The notes under the pieces: generated by a model | The model's input: the letters and a program-made list of their open reading frames with translations, nothing else | The model's database searches: none | Told to the model about the DNA's origin: nothing | Source: a virus | Direction: 5' to 3' (one strand) | Length of the DNA: 64,000 nt | Virus record (IMG/VR): IMGVR_UViG_3300035701_000001 | Translations under genes and position numbers: made by a program | Shown: in pieces, positions 8,745 through 16,400 of the stretch | Numbering within the stretch: the stretch's first letter is position 1 | Layout: every line of letters starts with the position of its first letter

Positions 8745-8817
8745 CCCCGCGTAGCTCAGCGGTAGAGCAGCGGAATTTCAAGTCCAGCGGTCGCAGGTTC
8801 GAGCCCTGTCGCGGGGT
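8745..8817 (+). tRNA. atypical tRNA; bulged anticodon stem, loop can be read as TT-TCA-AG (UCA anticodon)
   Basis: Acceptor CCCCGCG/CGCGGGG, canonical D arm TAGCTCAGCGGTAGAGC and T arm GCAGG-TTCGAGC-CCTGT; anticodon arm longer than canonical. Confidence 0.65.
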
Positions 8818-8979
8818 CTTTCCCTTGACGAGCCCATGGAATGGTCCTACGCTATGCCTATGACGACCTGGATCTTCGAGTTCACGTGAATGCGGGGCAT
8901 CTCCTCGATGCCGTGACCCTCCCGAATGGGTTGGATGAATCGGTTTCTTCCTTCCAACCCTTTTTCGAGAGAGAGTCCC

Positions 8980-9399
8980 ATGAAAAACGAACGTCTGGTC
9001 CATCTGAAGCTGAAACTGTCCTCCCTTGCCGCCGAGTCTCGGCTCATCCGGAACGAGGAGAACAAGCGCCTGAAGAAGCATCGCAAGGTGCTGGAGAAGA
9101 AGAAGCAGTCCGGAGAACTTGTCGATTCCTCCGAAGTGGCTCCTGGTTACCGGAGCTTGCACGACCATCGCACCGGAATCGTCCGGGAGACGGCGCGGCA
9201 CAACCACCTGGCCTACGGGTTCCTCCGGGAAGTCCCGTATGCGGTCATGGAATCCCGGTGCAAGGAAGAACCGGATTTTGGTCTCATCGAGAAGATCGCC
9301 CAGCGGTTTTCGACCGTATGGTCCGAGGAGATGTGGAAGACCTGGTCCGAGGAAGCACGGGGTCACCTCGCCCATCCTTCCGTTCCGGTCGCTGCCTAG
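8980..9399 (+). CDS. hypothetical phage protein
   Basis: MKNERLVHLKLKLSSLAAESRLIR...RHNHLAYGFLR; GAGAG upstream. Confidence 0.7.
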   Translation: MKNERLVHLKLKLSSLAAESRLIRNEENKRLKKHRKVLEKKKQSGELVDSSEVAPGYRSLHDHRTGIVRETARHNHLAYGFLREVPYAVMESRCKEEPDFGLIEKIAQRFSTVWSEEMWKTWSEEARGHLAHPSVPVAA

Positions 9400-9407
9400 A
9401 AATGCGA

Positions 9408-9447
9408 AGCGGCCAGGCCTTCCGGAGATGGGTGTGGAAGGCCTGGC
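9408..9447. terminator. GC-rich hairpin between convergent genes
   Basis: CGGCCAGGCCTTCC...GGAAGGCCTGGCCG 14-bp stem. Confidence 0.6.
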
Positions 9448-9508
9448 CGTGTCGTACCGCTTGACTGCATCGGGGTCGATGGAGTGAAGGAAGTCTATCC
9501 GGGTTGTC

Positions 9509-10417
9509 CTATCCGGACCATCCGGGTGGTGCGGGGCAGTTGCCCGCCGGAAACGGATCCGGGGCCTGGATTTCCTGGGACTTCGCCTGGTCGACCGGGA
9601 TGCCGAGCGCGGCCAACCGCTCCCTCGTCCCGTAGCGGAACACGAGTTCGAGGCAGGGGGCTTCCGTTGCGCGTTCGAAGGAAATGTCCCTTGTCCGAAG
9701 CTCGGCACGGGATCCGTATCCGGTCCCGAGGTCGACCTTGGAAGGATCGAGAGAACGGGTTGATTTCGTGGCGACACCCTCTGTGTGGACCGAGTTCACG
9801 ACGGCCGAGTCCAGGTGGTTGGAGAAGCTGGCATCAATGACTTGGGACTCGGAGTCATCACAGCATGCGGCTCCTCCGTGGGAGGATTCCCTGTTGGATC
9901 CGAGGGCTAAACACCGGGTGAAAGTGAGGTGGGGTTCGGGATATTCGAGGTAAGGAAAATCCCAGGGGTAGACCCTGCGACGATAGATTGGAATCTCCCG
10001 GATGACCGGGACCTCCACGATGCGGGGAACGAAGATCGGGTCCGGTACGCGGACCTTTTCGTCGAAGACCGCCACCGCGATGACCCCGGTGTTCCGCTTG
10101 CCATGTCCCATGGCCTGGCTGTAGGAGCCCTCGTTTTCGGTGAAGGTGAACCGAGCGACTTCCTGGTCGTTCCGCCGCCAGCCGGGGATGACCATCCGCT
10201 GCCAGGGGAAGAGGACATACCCGTTGCCGTCCCGGCTCGCGGGTTTGCCGTCGAGTACGGAGAGCCCGTCGACCGAGACGACGGCCAGGCGACGGTGGGG
10301 ACTGTTGTTCACGAGAACGATCTCGTAGTCGCCCGAGGGAGGAGCCAGCACCCAGTGCTGGGCCTCGTGGAAGAGTACGGGGAGGGGAACACCGTTCTGC
10401 TGGATCTGGACTTTCAT
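9509..10417 (-). CDS. conserved-looking hypothetical protein
   Basis: 302 aa; AVVSVDGLSVLDGK, IPGWR, NTGVIAVAVFDEK motifs typical of a widespread uncharacterised family (from memory). Confidence 0.75.
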   Translation of the reverse strand: MKVQIQQNGVPLPVLFHEAQHWVLAPPSGDYEIVLVNNSPHRRLAVVSVDGLSVLDGKPASRDGNGYVLFPWQRMVIPGWRRNDQEVARFTFTENEGSYSQAMGHGKRNTGVIAVAVFDEKVRVPDPIFVPRIVEVPVIREIPIYRRRVYPWDFPYLEYPEPHLTFTRCLALGSNRESSHGGAACCDDSESQVIDASFSNHLDSAVVNSVHTEGVATKSTRSLDPSKVDLGTGYGSRAELRTRDISFERATEAPCLELVFRYGTRERLAALGIPVDQAKSQEIQAPDPFPAGNCPAPPGWSG

Positions 10418-10746
10418 GGAATCACCTTGTCGGACGGGAAAGGGTTAGGGGAAAGGGAGATGTCTTCGGGAATGCAGCCCTCGCGCAATCCCCGGATCAA
10501 TTCTCGACAGGTCGTCTCCCAATCGAGGTCCTTGGACTCGAAGTGGTCGTAGAGGGAGGTGTCGAGGCGGAAGGAGAGCCGTTCGGAGAGGAATGGCTTC
10601 GTCTGGGCGTGGAGCTTTCCGTCTCGTACGGCATAGAGAAGCTCGTGCAGGACCCGAGTGGGGGTCGTCGAACGGGCCTTGGCATACGCAAACAGCCACT
10701 CCTTGTCGGAGGCGGTCACGTGAAGCTGGAGGGGCCGGGTGGGCAT
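10414..10746 (-). CDS. putative tandem ribbon-helix-helix regulator
   Basis: Two RHH-like segments (LQLHVTASDKEWLFAYAK..VLHELL; LSFRLDTSLYDHF..CRELI); leaderless start after promoter. Confidence 0.5.
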   Translation of the reverse strand: MPTRPLQLHVTASDKEWLFAYAKARSTTPTRVLHELLYAVRDGKLHAQTKPFLSERLSFRLDTSLYDHFESKDLDWETTCRELIRGLREGCIPEDISLSPNPFPSDKVIP

Positions 10747-10752
10747 GCAGGG

Positions 10753-10781
10753 AGTGTATGACGTGGTGTCATACGTGTCAA
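10753..10781 (-). promoter_or_regulatory. consensus sigma70 promoter
   Basis: TTGACA(10781)-N17-TACACT(10758). Confidence 0.7.
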
Positions 10782-10842
10782 GAGAAGAGTAGAAAAGTTT
10801 AGAAATCTGATATATAAACCAGGACAAAGCGAGGAACAGAGC

Positions 10843-11211
10843 ATGAAGAACGAGTCCGTGGGATCCAAGGATCTTTTTGAAATCGTAGATGTGGTGTTGC
10901 AGGATGGCGAAGTCCTCTCTGGGCTCGTCGATGGAAATGACAAAGTGGTAGCGGAAATCGCAATGACCAATGCCGAGGGGTGGGAAGTCGATCAGGCAGA
11001 GGTATTGACTGCCGAGTCCATGGGGTCTGATGAGATATTCTTCACTGCTTCGTTTCTTTTGATCGGTCAGCAGCGTGAAGATCGGATGGCGTGTGGTTCG
11101 AGGTTCAACGTCATGGCAGACGGCGTTGTGAAGCGGCTGGACGATTCATGGAAAATCGATCGGTTGAACGTGACGGATATTTCGTCCGATTTCGAAAACG
11201 AAGAAGTGTAG
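10843..11211 (+). CDS. acidic hypothetical protein
   Basis: 122 aa ORF with GAGG upstream. Confidence 0.65.
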   Translation: MKNESVGSKDLFEIVDVVLQDGEVLSGLVDGNDKVVAEIAMTNAEGWEVDQAEVLTAESMGSDEIFFTASFLLIGQQREDRMACGSRFNVMADGVVKRLDDSWKIDRLNVTDISSDFENEEV

Positions 11212-11220
11212 ATAAAAAAA

Positions 11221-11250
11221 CGGGGTCGACGCCGTGAAACGTCGACCCCG
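11221..11250 (-). terminator. intrinsic terminator
   Basis: CGGGGTCGACG/CGTCGACCCCG stem followed by T7 on minus strand. Confidence 0.7.
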
Positions 11251-11303
11251 CTGGGGCGAAACGGAAACCCCGTCCCGCCTCCACCACTCTCGCCTTGAGA
11301 GAT

Positions 11304-11918
11304 CTATAAATTTGCAATTGTTATTGGATCTATGATTTTCGCAGCAATAACTTTTCTCCGCACAACAGAAAAACCGTATTTTTTTGCTGTTAGTTCTTTT
11401 TCTTGATCCAACTTTTTCTGTGTTTCACAAAAATGATACGGGCCGTCAAATTCAACCAGGATTCTTACATCCAAGAGAGCCAAGTCGAAGACATATTCTT
11501 CAATTTTGTACTCAAGTTCAAATTTTCTATTGTTGTTAACAAGTACATCTCTTATGGCAGAGTATTTCCATTTTTCTCTTCTTTTCAATGTTTCTGACGC
11601 TGTAAGTAAATTTCCTTTTTGTAGAATTCCGCCAAGTCTTTGCGAGGATCTCCGTTCTTCAGACATGCTGGATGAACTAGCGCAAGAACGAGAACAATGT
11701 CTCTTGGCTTTGTTGTGTGTGGTCGTAATGAATGTTTTGCCACATCCTGGGCATACCATGATTATCTCTTTAGATTTTCTTGGTGCATTCATGGTCAATG
11801 CGGTACATGAAAGGCTGCAAAACATTTTTCTGCCAAGTCTTTTTGATCTGTTGAATTCGCTTGCAGATTTCAAGACTTTGGCCCCACAACCATCACACTG
11901 TATTTCAACTTTCTTCAA
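11304..11918 (-). CDS. free-standing putative homing endonuclease (Zn-finger repeats + DUF559/Vsr-like PD-(D/E)XK domain)
   Basis: CDGCG..FCSLSC and CPGCG..HCSRSC; YVFDLAL..ILVEFDGPYH; TTG start after GGAGG; AT-rich. Confidence 0.7.
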   Translation of the reverse strand: MKKVEIQCDGCGAKVLKSASEFNRSKRLGRKMFCSLSCTALTMNAPRKSKEIIMVCPGCGKTFITTTHNKAKRHCSRSCASSSSMSEERRSSQRLGGILQKGNLLTASETLKRREKWKYSAIRDVLVNNNRKFELEYKIEEYVFDLALLDVRILVEFDGPYHFCETQKKLDQEKELTAKKYGFSVVRRKVIAAKIIDPITIANL

Positions 11919-11935
11919 GTCAACCTCCACCGGAC

Positions 11936-11964
11936 ATTGTAGCAAAGTCCGATGGAGGTGACAA
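11936..11964 (-). promoter_or_regulatory. promoter for the endonuclease, immediately 3' of tmRNA
   Basis: TTGTCA(11964)-N17-TACAAT(11941). Confidence 0.65.
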
Positions 11965-11968
11965 GAGA

Positions 11969-12630
11969 TGGAGATGGCGGGAGTCGACACATTGTTGTCG
12001 CCGTGGCTTTTTATCCTCGGCTTCTGCCCGTTTTCTTCCGGACAGGTCGGCGTACGTTTTCCCCCTCGGGTTTCCTCGGTCGGGGGCTGGAGACTCTTGG
12101 GGGGATTCTTGCTGGCATCTGTGCTCACCCCCTACGCTCTACGAGGACCTCGTGCTCGCGAAGCCCTCTCGGCGTTCCCATCTCAGGGTTCACCGATATT
12201 CCCCAGTTCTCTTCCCTGAATTACGCCAGGGAACGGGCCTTCTCTCGACCCGCGTCCAGAACCAATCGACCTCAACGTCTACGCGCGTAGCGGGTTTGGC
12301 ATTCGGTTCCCCTTGGAGTTCCCACGTCCATCGAAGTTCCTACACGGCTGATCTCCCCCGAAGGAGAGAGAATCCGGTCGTCGTCCCCCGGAAACCCCGC
12401 CATTCCATCTCAGACACGCCCAGCCAGGTGGTGATGGAAGGTGAGTCTCGGACCTTCCTGGCCGGACGGGAGCGTCCCTTTCGGGACTAGGCAGCCAGAC
12501 GGGCCGCCTCTCCGAAGTGCTTGCTGTTGTTGGCAATTACTTTTGGTTTGCCCAGTGCTTTACGAGGTTCTGGACGACCTCGGCGCGCGGTCTTGGCCTT
12601 CCTCGGCCCTGTCGAAACCGGTGCATCCCC
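11969..12630 (-). ncRNA. ssrA: tmRNA, split: exon 1 12630-12248, exon 2 11987-11969
   Basis: 5' GGGGATGCACCGGTTTCGAC; tag reading frame ANNSKHFGEAARLAA* (stop 12487); spliced 3' end GGACGCGGGT|TCGACTCCCGCCATCTCCA; acceptor GGGGATG/CATCTCC. Confidence 0.93.
11988..12247 (-). mobile_element. group I intron (260 nt) in tmRNA T-loop
   Basis: U before 5' splice site pairs with G of IGS GCCCGU (P1), terminal G, P3 CUGGGGA/UCUCCAG, P7 GCGUA/UACGC, P8, P9 hairpins. Confidence 0.85.
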
Positions 12631-12721
12631 ATAGAGAAACGGGAGCCTTCGGGATGTCCCTTCGATCCAAGGAAAAAGCAGTAAGAGGCGGATCGGAAGG
12701 CTCCGGTCGATCAAAGAACGG

Positions 12722-12738
12722 TGACACAAGATGTGTCA
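12722..12738. promoter_or_regulatory. operator copy between tmRNA and secreted-protein gene
   Basis: TGACACAAGATGTGTCA identical to 1612-1628. Confidence 0.7.
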
Positions 12739-12818
12739 TGCAGAAGGTAGCGCAGGGGGAATTCCCCGTCAAGTCCCCGATGTCGCGTTCGTCGGTTAGG
12801 AGAAGACGAGGAGTCCCG

Positions 12819-13760
12819 ATGTTGGTCCCCCTGGCTCTCGCTGCGCTCGGCATGGCGGTCGCCTCTGCAGGAGAGGAGAGATCGCCTTCCGAACGAGTGC
12901 CATTTCCGGGGTTTGGACCGGAGGTACTTCTGCAGTTGATGCCGGGGTCCGCCTATTACGACATCGACAAGTGCTTCGGGCATCTGGATGGATGGTTCGT
13001 CCTGGCCTGGACGATTCCTACTTTGCTTTCGATGCGAAGTGCCGTGCGATCCCTGCTCAAGACCCCGCACATGGACATGGAGTGCCGGATCAGGTGTCCG
13101 GTTCCCATTGCCTGGTTTTTGCCGAAGGAGTCCCTGTCGGATCAGGCAAACAAGGTCCTGATGGAAATCCGGGGATATGACCTGGGCAGACACACCAAGG
13201 GTCATCCGGCTTACTTCAGGGATCGGGTTCTTCTTCTGAAGGAACTGGATGTCCTGCTCCGCCGGATCTTTGTCCCTTCGGAGCCAAACGAAGCCTTCGA
13301 GACTACATTTGGGATCGTTCAGACGGCGATAGGCCATACCCCTGTCCAAGTTCGGGAACTCGATGAGGTCAAGGAGGAGATCCGGGGGGCGTTGCTCAGT
13401 CGAGAAGAGTACGCCACTCGGATACTCAAGCCGTACTACGATTGGAGAACGCCGGACCCCAAAGAGCACAAGGAGATCCTTGTCGTCAAGTTGTGGGATT
13501 TCAAGCAGTCTTATATGAAAAAATTTCGGTATGGGGAACGCTGCGCGAATGTCAAGGTGCATTGGATCTATGAGGTAATCCAGGAACCCAAGGGGGATTT
13601 CTGGGCAGATGATTCCGTCGCCTCCTACGAGATCGACGACATGCTCGCAAGGCTCGGCTGGACTCCACCGCACCCGCGCAAGAAGAAGGACGGAGGAGAA
13701 GGAGAAGGAGGGGAAGAGGTTTCCGTAGACGATCTCATGAAATTGATTGGAAGTCATTGA
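12819..13760 (+). CDS. putative secreted hypothetical protein
   Basis: MLVPLALAALGMAVASA signal-like start, GAGGAG RBS; 313 aa. Confidence 0.75.
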   Translation: MLVPLALAALGMAVASAGEERSPSERVPFPGFGPEVLLQLMPGSAYYDIDKCFGHLDGWFVLAWTIPTLLSMRSAVRSLLKTPHMDMECRIRCPVPIAWFLPKESLSDQANKVLMEIRGYDLGRHTKGHPAYFRDRVLLLKELDVLLRRIFVPSEPNEAFETTFGIVQTAIGHTPVQVRELDEVKEEIRGALLSREEYATRILKPYYDWRTPDPKEHKEILVVKLWDFKQSYMKKFRYGERCANVKVHWIYEVIQEPKGDFWADDSVASYEIDDMLARLGWTPPHPRKKKDGGEGEGGEEVSVDDLMKLIGSH

Positions 13761-13795
13761 CAAAGCGTTGTTTTCGTTGATTCTTGTTTTTTTTG

Positions 13796-13824
13796 TTGCA
13801 CTTCTCGAAGCCCTTGGTTAGCCT
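13796..13824 (+). promoter_or_regulatory. promoter of tRNA block 1
   Basis: TTGCAC-N17-TAGCCT. Confidence 0.55.
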
Positions 13825-13830
13825 TTTTCC

Positions 13831-13923
13831 ATGACTCCCCGCAGTTCCATCACCTTCGCCACAAGCTTCCTGCTTCCGAGTTTGTCCTCGTGGCGGAAGT
13901 ACGTTCCGGAGGTGGGCCCGTAG
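13831..13923 (+). CDS. putative attenuator leader peptide 1 (MTPRSSITFATSFLLPSLSSWRKYVPEVGP)
   Basis: 30 codons between promoter and terminator; 3' end carries antiterminator arm. Confidence 0.55.
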   Translation: MTPRSSITFATSFLLPSLSSWRKYVPEVGP

Positions 13924-13950
13924 GGCTGGACTGCTTGTCTTCCCCCCCCT

Positions 13951-13995
13951 GAAGCCCCCTCCGGAACGAAAGCCCGGAGGGGGCTTCTGGTTTTT
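13951..13995 (+). terminator. attenuator/terminator hairpin upstream of tRNA block 1
   Basis: GAAGCCCCCTCCGG/CCGGAGGGGGCTTC 14-bp stem then TGGTTTTT. Confidence 0.75.
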
Positions 13996-14035
13996 CGGAT
14001 CCTTGAAATCGGGAATACGGATGGTTGTCCTGGAT

Positions 14036-14120
14036 GCGGATGTGGCGCAATCGGTAGATCGCGCGGGTCTCAAAAACCCGTGGGGGAAACCCCGTAGGAG
14101 TTCGAGTCTCCTCGTCCGCA
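14036..14120 (+). tRNA. trnL: tRNA-Leu(CAA)
   Basis: cloverleaf, CT-CAA-AA loop, long variable arm. Confidence 0.9.
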
Positions 14121-14124
14121 CTTT

Positions 14125-14202
14125 GGCTGGATAGCTGAGCGTGGGACAAGCGCCTGACTGAAGATCAGGAGTACGTCGGTTCAACTCCGACTCCAGCCAC
14201 CA
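14125..14202 (+). tRNA. trnF: tRNA-Phe(GAA)
   Basis: CCTGA-CTGAAGA-TCAGG; CCA encoded. Confidence 0.9.
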
Positions 14203-14203
14203 T

Positions 14204-14291
14204 GGGAGGAAGCCAGATGTTAAATAGCTGGGGCGGGCTGTAAACCCGTTGCCTTCGGGCTGGGAGCGTTCGAATCGCTCTTCTCCCACCA
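14204..14291 (+). tRNA. trnY: tRNA-Tyr(GTA)
   Basis: GCGGG-CTGTAAA-CCCGT; long variable arm; atypical D loop. Confidence 0.85.
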
Positions 14292-14300
14292 TTTTTCTGC

Positions 14301-14388
14301 GGAAGGTGAGGCCGGGCGTGGGCTGGTCGCTGGTTGGAAGCCAGATGGCATCTTCGGATGTGCGGTTCGATTCCGCCGCCTTCCGCCA
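14301..14388 (+). tRNA. trnS: tRNA-Ser(GGA)
   Basis: TT-GGA-AG loop, long variable arm, G73-CCA. Confidence 0.85.
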
Positions 14389-14395
14389 TTTTTTT

Positions 14396-14472
14396 GGGAT
14401 GTTAGCTCAGTAGAGTAGAGCCCCCGACTCTTAATCGGGCGGTCGTCGGTTCAAGCCCGACACATCCCACCA
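14396..14472 (+). tRNA. trnK: tRNA-Lys(CTT)
   Basis: CCCGA-CTCTTAA-TCGGG. Confidence 0.9.
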
Positions 14473-14478
14473 CTTTTT

Positions 14479-14561
14479 GCTCGGATGGTGGAACGCTAGA
14501 CACGCGGCGCTTAGAACGCCGTGGCCGAAAGGCTGTGCGGGTTGAATTCCCGCTCCGAGTA
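14479..14561 (+). tRNA. trnL: tRNA-Leu(TAG), C19:G56 variant
   Basis: CT-TAG-AA loop; D loop GC, T loop TTGAATT. Confidence 0.85.
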
Positions 14562-14568
14562 CTCTTTT

Positions 14569-14656
14569 GGGGGCGTGGTGGAATTTTGGTAGACACCATA
14601 GGCCGAGGACCTATGGGGGCGTAAGCCCCGTGCCGATTCGACTTCGGCCGTCCCCA
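14569..14656 (+). tRNA. trnL: tRNA-Leu(GAG)
   Basis: CATAGG-CCGAGGA-CCTATG. Confidence 0.85.
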
Positions 14657-14663
14657 CTCATTT

Positions 14664-14751
14664 GCACGCGTGATGGAAACCAGGAAGACATCCGAGGCTC
14701 AGAACCTCGGGAGACGAAAGTCTCGTGCCGGTTCGATCCCGGCCGCGTGCA
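14664..14751 (+). tRNA. trnL: tRNA-Leu(CAG)
   Basis: CCGAGG-CTCAGAA-CCTCGG. Confidence 0.9.
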
Positions 14752-14761
14752 CTCGTTTGTT

Positions 14762-14835
14762 AGGCACCGTGCGCTGGGACACACCCAGGATTCCAAATCC
14801 AGGGGGGCCCGGATCATCACCGGGGGTGCCTGCCA
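14762..14835 (+). tRNA. trnW: tRNA-Trp(CCA), atypical T loop
   Basis: AGGCACC/GGTGCCT-G-CCA; TT-CCA-AA loop; T loop ATCATCA. Confidence 0.7.
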
Positions 14836-14844
14836 TTTTTCCAA

Positions 14845-14928
14845 GGGATGAGGTCGGGTTCCTGTTTGGAACCTGCTAGAACAACGGAGGCGGGTGGTCG
14901 AATAGACCTGGGAATCCGACCTCATTCC
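14845..14928 (+). ncRNA. unidentified structured RNA in tRNA array
   Basis: 18-bp terminal stem GGGATGAGGTCGGGTTCC/GGAATCCGACCTCATTCC enclosing small hairpins. Confidence 0.45.
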
Positions 14929-14937
14929 TCTTCTTTT

Positions 14938-15018
14938 GCCCAGATGGCGAAAAGGCAGACGTAGAGGTCCTAAAAACCTTGTCCTTCGGGAGTGCGGGTT
15001 CGACTCCCGCTCTGGGCA
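14938..15018 (+). tRNA. trnL: tRNA-Leu(TAA)
   Basis: GAGGT-CCTAAAA-ACCTT. Confidence 0.85.
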
Positions 15019-15100
15019 CTTTTCGGAGTTCTCGGATAATACCTGTCGGACGGCCTGAAAAACCGATCGATGCCCGTGGGGGCGGGGACTCCGTTTCTTG

Positions 15101-15188
15101 GGAGGCGTGACCGAGTGCTCGATGGCACCAGTCTTGAAAACTGGAGGTTCGCAAGGACCCGTGGGTTGGAATCCCACCGCCTCCTCCA
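15101..15188 (+). tRNA. trnS: tRNA-Ser(TGA), C19:G56 variant
   Basis: CCAGT-CTTGAAA-ACTGG; D loop GAGTGCTCGA, T loop TTGGAAT. Confidence 0.85.
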
Positions 15189-15194
15189 TCTTGT

Positions 15195-15282
15195 GGAAAC
15201 GTGACCGAGAGGCCGATGGTCCCCGCCTGCTAAGCGGGGTGTGTTAACCCACACGCGGGTTCGAATCCCGCCGTTTCCGCCA
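15195..15282 (+). tRNA. trnS: tRNA-Ser(GCT)
   Basis: CCCGC-CTGCTAA-GCGGG. Confidence 0.9.
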
Positions 15283-15287
15283 TCTTT

Positions 15288-15375
15288 GGAGCAGTGGCCA
15301 AGAGCCTCATGGCCCCCGTCTCGAAAGCGGGTGGTGCGAAAGCACACGCGGGTTGAAATCCCGCCTGCTCCGCCA
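15288..15375 (+). tRNA. trnS: tRNA-Ser(CGA), C19:G56 variant
   Basis: CT-CGA-AA loop; D loop GAGCCTCA, T loop TTGAAAT. Confidence 0.85.
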
Positions 15376-15468
15376 GTTTGAGCGATTGTGACCGATCTTG
15401 TTGATGTTCCATTCGAGATAAACTAGGCTCTTTCCATCGGAAGTGTCGGGAAGATCGGGCAGTTACAA

Positions 15469-16326
15469 ATGGAGGATTTCACGGAATTGGTCGCAGAGAA
15501 AAAATCAGAGAGCCCTGGACAGAAGCTCATCACAGCAGGACGCCATTCCTGGGAAGAGATCGGGAAAGTCTGGGAAGTGATGGAGGAGGAGAATCAGGAG
15601 GCTGCTGTTCGGGAACTTCTTGGTCTCCTCAAGACGACAGAGGATCACGGGGTTCGTGACATCGCTGCGATGTTTTTCGGTGATTTGAAGGAACAGGATG
15701 CCGCTGTTATCCTGGCTGGACTTCTCACGGACCCTCGGACAAAGAACCATCGGGGTCGTCTCGTTGCTGCATTGGGAGACCTCGACTACCAGGAGTTCCT
15801 TCCTGTGATCGAGGGACTTGCGTCTCCGGATGAGAGTTTTGAGGTTCGGAGCATCGTCCAGTACCTGCTCCATCTTCCTTTGGTAAGCCCTCCAGTACAG
15901 GTCGAGGAAGTGGTGATGGCCCATGACCCTTTGAACGCGACCGAGGCCATCGCAATGGCCGTCCTGGCATTCCTTCCGAAGGCGGACGATGCCAGGTTGC
16001 GGGATACCATGGAGAGACATTTCTTCGAGCCCGCGCCGCGCAAGGTGATCGCCCGCCTGAACCCCCCAGAGGAACTACGGGAGGCCCTTGACCTCTGCGC
16101 AGAACTGGATGACGTGTGGGACCTCGGTACCGACGTGCAAAGGCAGAGTATTGAGGATATCCGCCGACTTCTTGTGGGCCTTATCGGGAAAGGCCCCTGC
16201 CACGAGATCACCCTTGACGATTGCGCGGTGTTCATCGAGGTCATCCGTCGCGAAGAAGAACACCATCCTCTCCCTGCCGAGGTCCAAGAACCGTTGCGGC
16301 GACGACTTGTCGGGGAGCCACGATGA
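15469..16326 (+). CDS. HEAT/PBS-lyase-repeat-like protein, possibly two domains
   Basis: VRDIAAMFFGDLKEQDAAVILAGLL, RGRLVAALGDL helical repeats; internal RBS+ATG near 15916. Confidence 0.65.
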   Translation: MEDFTELVAEKKSESPGQKLITAGRHSWEEIGKVWEVMEEENQEAAVRELLGLLKTTEDHGVRDIAAMFFGDLKEQDAAVILAGLLTDPRTKNHRGRLVAALGDLDYQEFLPVIEGLASPDESFEVRSIVQYLLHLPLVSPPVQVEEVVMAHDPLNATEAIAMAVLAFLPKADDARLRDTMERHFFEPAPRKVIARLNPPEELREALDLCAELDDVWDLGTDVQRQSIEDIRRLLVGLIGKGPCHEITLDDCAVFIEVIRREEEHHPLPAEVQEPLRRRLVGEPR

Positions 16327-16337
16327 CTTGCTGAATT

Positions 16338-16385
16338 CGGGTGGTGCGAAAGCACACGCAGGTCGAAATCCTGCCTGCTCCGCCA
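16338..16385 (+). repeat. direct repeat of tRNA-Ser(CGA) 3' half (att-like)
   Basis: 48 bp, 3 mismatches vs 15328-15375. Confidence 0.85.
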
Positions 16386-16400
16386 GATTCTAATTTTTTC

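Noticed and set aside
8745-8817. tRNA-Sec
   Set aside because: 7-bp acceptor and no long variable arm
7891-9777. 628 aa ORF, and long ORFs 24890..26983 and 34701..36293
   Set aside because: Shadow frames antisense to better-supported genes; only 7891..8673 of the first has an RBS and signal-like start
11262-11286. CCCGCCTCCACCA resembling a tRNA/tmRNA 3' end on the plus strand
   Set aside because: No matching 5' acceptor or T arm; lies beside a terminator
11918-12128. Endonuclease ORF starting inside the intron (274 aa call)
   Set aside because: A consensus promoter and GGAGG-TTG start lie downstream of tmRNA exon 2, so the upstream extension is probably fortuitous
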